Origin: Carcharhinus amblyrhynchos
Lineage: Eukaryota
Direction of reading: 5' to 3'
Assembly: GCA_965287045.1 (NCBI GenBank)
Contig: OZ336875.1
Location: 99,448,001 to 99,512,000, forward strand
Length of the DNA stretch: 64,000 bases
A model generated the notes under the pieces. It was not told where the DNA came from, made no database searches, and was given only the letters and a program-made list of their open reading frames with translations. A program made the translations under genes and the position numbers. Below are positions 11,264-20,797 of the stretch, one piece after another. Within the stretch, counting starts at the first letter, position 1, and each line of letters begins with the position of its first letter.

Positions 11264-11584
11264 GTAATTCAGAGACACCGTACAAGATCTAGTGACCAGG
11301 GTTTGAATCCTATCACAGCAGATGGTGAAATTTCAATACAAATCTGGAATTAAGATGTCTAATGATGACCATGAAACCACTGCCAATTGTCATAAAAACC
11401 CATTTGCTGCACTAATCTCTTTTAGGGAAGGAAATCTGCCATTCATACTTGGTCTGGCCTACACATGACACAAATCCACAGCAATGTAGTTGACTCTCAA
11501 ATGTCCTCTGGAGGGCAATTCTTGATGGACAATAAATGCTGGCCCAGCCAGCAATGCCCACATCCCATGAATGAAGACAAAAAA
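11264..11584 (+). mobile_element. 5'-truncated tRNA-SINE sharing its tail with the surrounding LINE family
   Basis: B-box-like gggtttgaatcc; tail caataaatgctggcccagccagcaatgcccacatcccatgaatgaa; flanked by aaagtaat/aaagtgat, which splits the LINE codons ISKVMEG. Confidence 0.7.
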
Positions 11585-12496
11585 GTGATGGAAGGTGTCA
11601 TCAACTGTGCAAGCGACACTTAGACAGCTCCAACCTGCTTACTGACACCTAGCTGGATTCTGCTAGGGCTCATTGCATCCTTGATCCAAAATGGATGAAA
11701 CAGTCAAACTCAAGTTGTGAGGTGAGAGTGACTGCCTTTGATATCAAGGCAGCATTTGACTGTGTGTGACATCAAGGAGCCCAAGCAAAACTAAAATCAA
11801 TGGGAATCAATAGTTAGAGTCAGACCTAGCACAATGGAAAATTGTTATGATTGTTAGAGGAAATTATTTCAGTCCAAGGGCATCACTGCAGGAGTTCCTC
11901 AGGACGGTGTCCCAGGCCAACCAGCTTCACCTGCTTCATCAATGCTTTCCCTCCATCACAAGGTCAGAATTGAGAATATTTGTTGACAATTGCAAAACCA
12001 TTTGCGACTCTTCAAATATGAAGCCACCTATGTCCATATGCAGCAAGACCTGAACAATTTTCAAGCTTGGGCTAATCAGTGGTTAAGTGGCAATGTTTAT
12101 GCCAAAATGCCAAACAATGCCCATTTCCAACAAGAAAGAATCCAACCATCTCCACTTGGCAATATATGGCATTAGCTTCACTGAATCCCCACCATCAACA
12201 TCCTGGGGGTTACTGTTGACCAGAAACTGAACTGGGCCAGTGTTTAAGAGCAGATCAGAGGCTGGGAATTCTGTGGTGAGTCATGTTCTGACTCCTTAAA
12301 GTTTGTCTTCTATCTGCAATGCTCTAAGCCAGGGATATTATAGAATACTCTCCATTTGTCTGGATGAGTGCACCTCCAACACCACTCAAGGAGCTCAATG
12401 CCATCCAGGTTTTGATTTGATTGTCATCACCACCTTAAACGTTCACTCTCTCTACCACCAATGCACGATGGAGCAATGTACTCCAAATCTAAGTGC

Positions 12497-12985
12497 ACTT
12501 GTATTTATATAGCATCTTAATAGAGTAAAACTTCCCAAAGAGCCCTTAACAAAATATGACTACAAGCCACAGAAATAGATGTTAGAGCTGTTGGTCATAA
12601 GCTTGGTAAAATGGGTATGTTAAACAGCATCTTAAGATGAGAGAAGAAGAGAGATTTAAGGAGGGAATTCCAGAACTTAGGTACAAGTCAGCTAAAAACA
12701 TGGCTGTCAATGGGTGTGTGATTAAAATCTCGAAATGCTTGAATTGAAGTAGTACAGTTATCTAGTGTTCTTGGGATGGAGGAGATTACAAAAAAAGGGG
12801 AAAGGCCATGGGTGGGATATGAAAACAAAACTGAGAAATTTAACATCAAGGCATTGCTGAACTGGAAGCTCATGCATCATAACAAGTGGTGAATAGAACT
12901 TGGTACAAGTAGGGACACAGGCAGCAATTTTGAATCACCACAAGTTTACAGAAGGTAGAGATTGGAGGGTAGCTAAGGAAGTGTT
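12497..12985 (-). mobile_element. L2-like LINE 3' fragment
   Basis: cttgtatttatatagc...cccaaag is the reversed tail, followed by gagggaattccagaactt typical of reversed L2 3' ORF/UTR. Confidence 0.5.
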
Positions 12986-12999
12986 GGAATAATTAATTT

Positions 13000-14162
13000 T
13001 TTGTTTAAAAACTGCAAAATCAACAGAGACTGGCAGCTAACATGAAAGAAAATCCAAAAGTCTTCTGTAGGCATAGAGACAATGAAAGGATATTTAACCG
13101 AGGGCTCAAGCCAACTGGGGACCAAACAATGGATTACACATGGGGGCGAGGGCATGGCTGAGGAACTAATTTTGCATCTGTATTTACCAAGGGAAAAGAT
13201 GCAACAGAAGACACAGTGAAAGAGGAGGTAGCTGAGAGATTGGTAGGCAAAATAAATTGATGAACAGAAGATTTTAGAGGGATTCGTTGATAAATCACTA
13301 TGAACGAATGGGATGTAGAGGATATAGAGTACAGTAGTGTAAAGATGAAAATTTGCAAAGGCACTGGCATCTTCCCGTCCTCCTAAGATTCAAGGATGGT
13401 TCCAAATGACAGGAGATTTGCAAATGTTACAGCCTTGTTCAAAAAAGGCTTTTAGGATGATTCCAGCAACTACAGGCTAGTCAGTTTAACCTTTGTGGTG
13501 GGATGTTTTTTTTGAAAGGATAGTCTGAGACAAAATAGTCACTTGGACAAATGTGGATTAATAAGGAAAGTCAGCACAGATTTGTTAAATGCATTCAACT
13601 AACTTGAATGAGATTTGTAGTGAGGTAACAGAAAGTTAATGAGGCTAATGTAGTTGACATGATGATACGGATTTCCAAAGGCAGTTGATAAAAAAACCGG
13701 TCAGCAAAGTTGAAGCCTATGAATTAAAAGGGACACTGGTAGCGTGACAGGAAACAGTAGTGGTGAATGGCTGTTTTCCAGCCTGGAGGAAGGTATAACA
13801 CTGGGGCTCCCCAGGGATCGGAACTCAGATCGCTGCTTTTATTGACCTGTATTAATGACTTATGTCAGGCATGGTTTCAAAATGTGCTGATGACACAAAA
13901 TGTGGAAGCATTGTGAATGAGGTTGGTGAAGGCAGGCTGATGGAATTGGACAGAGGCCTGACAGAATTTATAAATAGAGGCATAAAGTACAAAAGGAAGC
14001 CAGTTATGGGGAACGCTTATAAAGCAGCAATTTGGCTTGAGTTGAAATATCCAGTCCAGTTCTGGGTGCTATGTTACAGAAAGGATGTGAAGGCTTTCTA
14101 GAGGGTGCAGAAAAGATTTACATCCATGTTTCTAGGAATGAGGAACTTCAGTTACATGGATA
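13000..14162 (+). mobile_element. CR1 (HER1-like) LINE RT fragments
   Basis: Decayed NYRLVSLT (aactacaggctagtcagtttaacc), SKCADDTK and YPVQFW...RKDVKA motifs. Confidence 0.8.
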
Positions 14163-14648
14163 ATCATGTAATATGCTTTTAAGGGATACTGGCATGACAT
14201 CATGAGAAGGAAATTGTGTTATGTGATGCTGTCTTAGTTTCACTTTTCCTTTCAGCAGAGCACATACACAGCTCTGATGTCTTTAAGATTCATACTGATG
14301 TATAACCATTTTGCTGTACCTACTATTAATAAATGAACCCACAATGTGTTTACCTAATCTATTTTGAACAATTGTTGCCTTGTGTCTTGCACAGTAAATA
14401 AACCCTCAACTAATTCACAAGTAGCCCACAGGAAAACAAACACAGAGGCAAGGCATTCAAGAAAGGTCACCTCCATACAATATTACTTCATGTTATGACT
14501 CCTCCACAGTCTGGAGCTGAACAATTGCAAGCATCTTGTTGAAAGCAGGAAAGCATGCAAAGTTTAACTGGAGGAGCAGCAAGTATGTGGAAGACAGAAT
14601 CCGAGAGGAACTATTCCTCCAGTCACAGATTCTGTCCCACCCACGCAA

Positions 14649-14771
14649 CTGCTCCAGCTCCTCCAATCACAGGCTCCCTACTTCCCGCTCATGTTGCTCC
14701 TCCAGAGGCAGAATCTATGATGGGAGGAGCAGCAGGAGGGAGGGAATCTGTGATTGGAAGAGTTGGAACAG
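14649..14771. repeat. Imperfect inverted repeat (about 50-bp arms)
   Basis: ctgctccagctcctccaatcacaggctccc...gctcctcc pairs with ggaggagc...gggaatctgtgattggaagagttggaacag. Confidence 0.75.
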
Positions 14772-15342
14772 CAACTTGGGAGAGGAGAAGATTGAAAACA
14801 AAAATAAATGTGCCCCCATGTTGAAGAGAGAAATGGATCAAAATAATTCTCAAGATTAGTACCTCAGAATCTGGGGAGCTACATTCTTTCCTCCATTTGC
14901 AATTTTTTTTTAACCATTCTTTTCATAGAGCGTGTGTATTTTTTATTGGACAGAGAAGGGGGGGGCGGTGTGGCAGGGAGGAAGAAAAGGAAACCTCTCA
15001 GGATGAGAGTGTCAAGTGGAAATAGGGTTAATCCAAAAGGGAACTGAATAATTAGCTAAGATAAATAAAATGCCGGTTGCAGGGAAACGGCTGGGAAAGA
15101 GGGACTCACTGAGCTGATCTCAGTGAACCAGCATGGACACAAAGCATCAAGTGTTCCGCTTCTGTGCTGTAACTATATTCCATGGTGGGATATAATCAGC
15201 AGTATATTTACTATATGGTCCTTAAGATGTGCAAGATCAATAGAATTGAGATCAAACAATAAAAATATTGTTATTAGAATTGTGGCAATCTTCATGCAGT
15301 ATTGCAGTGCCAGTAAAAGTAAACTATTTGACAAAGAATTAC

Positions 15343-16420
15343 TTCCATGATCCCCCTAAAAAGAGTTATACAGACATCATGACCATTGGTTGTGGTCCTG
15401 GCATACACTTGCAGGACCATACTAATTTCAACATGATGGTGAGGTGTGAAGAATTCAATTTGCAAGCCTAAAACGTATTAAAATAGAATGATGGAACAAA
15501 AGAATATTTTAAAATGCAGGAATTCCAGTTGCTAAATAGTTACAGCATCGTGTAAAATCACCCCAATGAGGTCCATCTGATTTACTTTGTAGAGACGGAA
15601 CAAGTGATTATTGATATCAATCATGGGTTTTAATTTAATCTGAGCATAAAGTTTACAATAGCCTTGAATATACATTTCAAATGTACAAACCCGTTTGTTT
15701 CAGTCCATCAAGAGTTACCATTGCTAAGTATGTTCAGTATGATTGACATTTGTCCAAGATATTGCATATCATGTGACAGGAAGAATAGATGTTTTTCACT
15801 TGCATAATCCGAGGCCAGTGCTAATAATCGTATCAAGTTCTGAAACAACAGTTTTACAAAGGAGTAAATCACATTGTAAATATTATCAACATAGGTGAAC
15901 TTTCCAGAGATTTACAATCTACATCGTAAAATGCAAATGTGGCTTAAGGGGATCCTAACATTCCATAGATCTGATATACAGATATACATCTTCCATAAAC
16001 GCATGTAAATACTGCATTTGGCAGATGTACTGCTCTTGACCAAGCTACTAGATTAGAGGCACTGCCATTCGAGTCCATTAATTTGCAAACCCTGGTACAA
16101 AATATTTCTGGCAATCAGCAGTTCGTTTTATTCAAACATGTTGAGAGATAATCTGTGCCCAAAAACTTTGCCCTTAGTTCAGTATATCCAATCAATAAAG
16201 TGACTAACACTGGTGCTCACTGTGTTTAATTTCTGGCTTCAAAAGATTCATGGGGACAGAGTTTCAAGTTGACATTCAGATATCAAACTGCTGTGGTGAC
16301 TGGCCCAGTTCAGAAACTGCCTCATTGTCATCTCCACGCAATCACAAATGATATTGCCCGAACAATTTCAAAATTAATCCGGATTATTGGCAACTTTATC
16401 TCAAGGGGTTCCCCTCCACC
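15343..16420 (-). pseudogene. Candidate decayed compact multi-exon gene of unknown family
   Basis: AG/GT-bounded blocks 16221-16420, 15916-16091, 15719-15839, 15544-15639 and 15343-15467, with 129, 76, 79 and 76 nt introns. Confidence 0.45.
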
Positions 16421-17079
16421 CTACAACAGATCGATTTTAATTTTAGCACTAAACACCCGCAATGTTTGCTCTGCTGTGCCATGGGGCTTATAACTGCTTT
16501 TTTGTCACAGAAAATTAAATCCAGGAGAGGGGAGGTCAAAAAAATTTCCTGATTGAATTCATATCATTTCTGCTGGCCTTAAACTAGTTCCTCTTCGCCT
16601 TCTCCCTGCTTTCCCCATTTTACAGCAGGATTTTTTTTTTAAAAAGTACTTGGTTATAAGAACATTTGTTGCAAGATGCTATTCGTTGCCAACAACATCC
16701 AGATTTTGCCGCAGGTTGCAGGCCCCACTATGTGCTGAGGCACATAAAAAGAGCTGTGTGTCTGGCCAGTAAATTTTTAATCAGAAAATACTGGAAACAC
16801 TCAACGTTGTCAGGCAGCAACCGCCAGGAGGTAAGAGCAGAGCGGAACAGTTGGAATGAACAGGCTGAACACTTGAAATAGACTCCACTGTTCTCCCCAC
16901 AGATGCTGACTGACCTGCCAAGTGTTTTCACATTTCCAGCATGTGCATTCTTCCGAGAATTAAAAAAAAAACACCTTTTGGGCACGCAAGCTCTTCAAAG
17001 AATCATTGCTGAAATGTGTTAAGTATTGATTACCTAAACACCAAAAATCATGGCTAGGCACCATGCTGCTTCTACACAA

Positions 17080-17350
17080 AGAGAAGATGCTGGAAAATCT
17101 CAGCAGGTCTGACAGCATCTGGGGACACAGTGAGAAGTGTCACAACACCAGTTGGAAGTTGGACTTCAACCTGGTGTTGAGACTTCTTACTGTGCCCACT
17201 GCCGGCATCTCCCCGTCGTAGCATTCGTGGAGAGGGAGATCTGAGCCAATGTTTCAAACGTTAACTCTATTCTCTCTCCACAGATGCTGTCAGACCTGCT
17301 GAGATTTTCCAGCATTTTCTGTTTTTGTTCCAGATTTCAGCATTCACAGT
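17080..17350. mobile_element. Nested palindromic Penelope-like elements
   Basis: Outer arms atgctggaaaatctcagcaggtctgacagcatctg / cagatgctgtcagacctgctgagattttccagcat; inner palindrome at 17126-17195 of the 1061/58802 family. Confidence 0.65.
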
Positions 17351-17567
17351 AATTCCTTGCTTCTATATCCTGGAGCAATTCTAATTGGTCAGAACTTCCA
17401 CAAGGACAGCCTCAGTGGTTGTACTCACATTATTTCTGAGGTTAATATCAAAGTTGGGCAGAAGGGATAGATTGCACAATTGAATCCTGAAAGGTGATTG
17501 TCTGAAAAACTCAAAACTTCTGCACTGGTTCCATTACCAGTCTATCACAGTTAACCAGTATCACAGT

Positions 17568-17641
17568 TAGGGGAATTTCAACTAACTTCATTGCAGTGTT
17601 AATGTAAGCCTACTTGTGACTAACAAATAAACAAACTTTAA
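17568..17641 (+). mobile_element. Solo alternative SINE/LINE tail
   Basis: taacttcattgcagtgttaatgtaagcctacttgtgactaacaaataaacaaacttta. Confidence 0.7.
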
Positions 17642-19694
17642 AACGTCAGAATTGATAGTTGTGGAGCCGGAAAGAACCGAATGCATAAAGTTGGCAAGTT
17701 ATCTTTCACTGGCTTGTCACAGGCGATCTTTTTAAAGTGACAAGCTTTGTTACAATGAATGTTGCAGATGGTTCGTCTATTTGTATTGTAGCCAGTCTCC
17801 AGTTTATTAAAAAGGGATGAGAGATAAATAGCATGCAAGAGAAATTAATTCATTCAAGTTGATCCCTCCAGTTGGGTTTGAAAGATCACAAACAGTCCAT
17901 ATTTGCTTCACGGTGAATGAAAACCTGCCCACGATTGTTCTCAGTCGCACAACGCGCACACAATTCATTCCCCAAATCAACTTACTCGACATGAAACAAA
18001 CTTGTACCCACTAACAACCGAAAATGTTGGCTCTAAACTACCAAGTCTGCGACTAGCTCATCGGCAAGACACTTCGAAAAACAAGAGTTTTGCTGATGCC
18101 GACTGGACCCAATAGATCAGAGGAACTTTCACTCCCATGCTCTCTGGAATGATGGAAACATCGATTGACATCCTGACCTCGCTATTGCAGAGATTGCATG
18201 TTCCTGCAGAGTTTACACTGAACAAGATAAATCAGTTCCCCCGCTCCAAATCCACACGGAGGGCGAACCTGAGATGAAAATATTATTTTAAAAAACTGCG
18301 CTACATTCTTAAATCCCCGCGAGTGATTGGCAGCACAGCTTGCAGAGGGAAATTTCAATCATTATTGATCGACAGGCCAAACCAGATGCGCCCCGGTAAT
18401 AATATTTCTTTTGAAGAGATCACAAGGTCGGCGTTTAAGTAGCTGGAATTAACAATCCGGCACATTTGGATAACGTGAAGGACATCTGCACGATCTTATT
18501 AACCAGCCCTGACTCATTGTGGAGCTCCATTCACAAAAACAAATCCCGATCAATGTCCTGACACATAAACCTTTCACCTTCCCAGTAAAGCTCTCCAGCA
18601 GCACTTGCACGCTCTGGCTTAGGGCTTGGGTTGAATATTACTTGTAACGGGAGTCAATAGAACTTGTATTGAGATGTGCATATTTGCTAAAATGACACTG
18701 CCGTTCATTTCACATGGTTTTGTTTCTTTTAATTCCCCCCCCCCCCCAAAAAAAGGGTGGGGGGCATGTTTCATATCAACCCTACATCGATTTGTTGTGT
18801 TACTGAGATGCGGCGTTAACATCCAGAGCAGATTGCACTGCTTTTGTTGCTACGCCAAATTAAAAATCAAATTAGCCCGCTTCCTTTGGGAAGGTTGTTT
18901 GTTCTATTTTTTAATAATTAATGGGGAGGAATGTTTCAGATCTTCTGTGTTTACCGATCAGCACAGTATCGTTTATCAGTCCCAAAACTTTACGCAACTC
19001 TGACCATGGACCCAGATTGCAGAGAGCAAGTGAAAGGCTTACGAGCCTTCGGGCCAAATATAAAATGGGTAGCAACATCAAAAAAAATGTCACTTCAGTA
19101 GCAGTATATTCTAGCTATGTAAGAAGAACGGACATTTGCCACCTCTTGTGTTCCCCCCCACCCCCCTTAGCTAGTTTAATAAAGGAAAGAGACAAAAACA
19201 GTGATTGACAGATTGGACACATAAGATAGCAAGGAAGATAAGACAAAACAAAAAGGCAGAGAAGAAAACTCGGGGTGATATTTTGGCGGGGGTCGGGTGG
19301 TGGTGGTGGGTGGTGAGGGAGAAAAGGGAAACAACATTAATTGAGAAATAAAGGCAGCGGGACCACAAAGCAAAAGGGAACATCCAACATTTCTCCCTGT
19401 CTCTCTGCAAGGGCATTTTCAAACAAGGAAAACGGGAGAGAGGGGAAAAGAAAGAGACGAGAGCTGCTATCAGGCAGACCGTTATTGAAGCGGCAACATT
19501 ATTATGGTGGTCGGCTCAGATACCACCACCGCCCCCCCCCAACACAAGCTTTGTTTTTCCTCCACATCCCGCTCTGCTGCTCTCTGCACCGACACTGGCA
19601 CTAGATCAACTCATTGCAATGCAACACATTTAGATAAAATAAAGAAGCAACGGGGAAACAAACACACAAAAAAAATACACAGCAATTGACTCAC

Positions 19695-19731
19695 CCACGC
19701 CGTATTTCTCATTGTCTGTCGGTATCCACAT
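19695..19731 (-). CDS. DOCK4: Dedicator of cytokinesis 4, coding exon 1 (MWIPTDNEKYGV + 1 nt)
   Basis: ATG at 19731; peptide matches the recalled DOCK4 N-terminus MWIPTEHEKYGV; donor GTGAGT at 19694; head-to-head with ZNF277 as in mammals, which favours DOCK4 over DOCK3. Confidence 0.9.
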
Positions 19732-19886
19732 TGTCGAGACAGGTACATAGGTTTTGCCCCCCACACCCCTTCTCCCCAACAATAAAACTTGTCCCCTAGC
19801 GCGCCCTAGTTATTAAGCAGTTTCTTCGCGGGACCATTGTTCAGCCGCTAAAACGGGCAGGAACCCGGGCGGCCCAGGGGGCTGCC

Positions 19887-19991
19887 GGGAGTTGTAGTCC
19901 GGGGCCGTGATTGCGGCCGCGGAGGGTTCTGGGGGTTGTAGTACAGCGAGAGGAGGTAGGGGGGCGCGCGGGGGCCAGTGGGATATGTAGT
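19887..19991 (-). promoter_or_regulatory. Three ZNF143/THAP11-type ACTACAnnnCCC motifs
   Basis: Minus strand ACTACAACTCCC (19887-19898), ACTACAACCCCCA (19930-19942), ACTACATATCCCA (19979-19991). Confidence 0.8.
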
Positions 19992-20178
19992 AGTCCTCCC
20001 CGGCCGGCCTGTCGCCGAGACGAAGCCGGGTACTCCAATCTTCCCAGAGGGCAGCGCGCGAAACCCCACGCGTCACCACCATTGCCCGCGAGGCGATTGG
20101 CTGCGAAGCCGTTGTTATGGTTTCCGGGCGACTTCCCATTTCACCTCTGTCTGGAATGATCTAGGGGGGCTATGTGTG

Positions 20179-20209
20179 ATGGCGGCGGTGGGAATGACAG
20201 CTAAAGAAG
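20179..20209 (+). CDS. ZNF277: ZNF277 exon 1 (MAAVGMTAKE + 1 nt)
   Basis: gtgATGG Kozak context in the CpG island; donor GTGGGG; phase 1 matches exon 2. Confidence 0.75.
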
Positions 20210-20511
20210 GTGGGGATATCCTACATTTCCAGTTGTTCACGATGTTAGGGAGCGCGGGGGAAAACTGCCCACGGCGCGTTTAGCGCCGCCATTAGACTGT
20301 GGCCACAGTCGGTGTAGGGGAAAGGCCAGGCCGTGTACACAACGGGGAAACTCTGTTAAAACAGCAAAAGTTAGACATCTCAAATGAAAGGGAATTCACT
20401 CCAAGTATTGATTGACCTGTCAAAGGCCAAGGTGGCCGAATATCTTGTGCTATTGAGGGCTAGAAGGTGACATGTAGAGCACCATAACCCAGCAGAGAAT
20501 AGTTGGAATCT

Positions 20512-20797
20512 CACAGAACCCTTACTGTGGAGGAGGAGGCCATTCGGTCTATTAAGTCTGAAAGTCTCTAACAAAGCACCCTACTCTTGCCCTCTCTCCT
20601 TATCCCTATGTATTTATCCCACTAATCCCCCTAACCTACACAAAGATGCAATTTTAGCAAGGCTAATCTACCTAACCTACACATTTTGGACTTTGGGAAG
20701 AGGAAACCCATGCAGACATGGGGAGACAGTCACCAAGGCCGGAATTGAAGCAGGGTCATTAGGCGTCGTGCAGCAGTAGCACTAACCACTGCTGCTC
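20512..20797 (-). mobile_element. HE1-like SINE, diverged
   Basis: aggccattcgg...ctaatcccc...cctaacctacacattttggactttggg...gcactaaccactg. Confidence 0.7.

Larger units (their letters stand above)
10490..12480 (+). mobile_element. Decayed non-LTR retrotransposon (CR1/Jockey-group) RT region interrupted by two SINEs
   Basis: Peptides AMGPDNIPAIILKTSAPE, KSHPANYRPLNLLSISKV and MQQDLNNFQAWA are typical non-LTR RT motifs; many frameshifts. Confidence 0.8.
19780..20345. promoter_or_regulatory. CpG island, bidirectional DOCK4/ZNF277 promoter
   Basis: Dense CpGs in a CpG-depleted window; lies across and between the divergent ATGs; CCAAT boxes near 20035 and 20096 (ATTGG); ETS-like TTCCGG near 20122. 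Confidence 0.9.

Noticed and set aside
14536-14859. Two overlapping ORFs of 107 and 89 aa
   Set aside because: They arise from a GC-richer inverted-repeat element; no recognisable domain or splice support.
1-19694. Further DOCK4 coding exons (SH3 domain)
   Set aside because: No matching peptide seen by eye; exon 2 probably lies beyond the left edge, although the search was not exhaustive.
19813-20283. Several overlapping 65-108 aa ORFs in the ORF track
   Set aside because: Expected from the stop-poor GC-rich island; only MAAVGMTAKE is supported by splicing.
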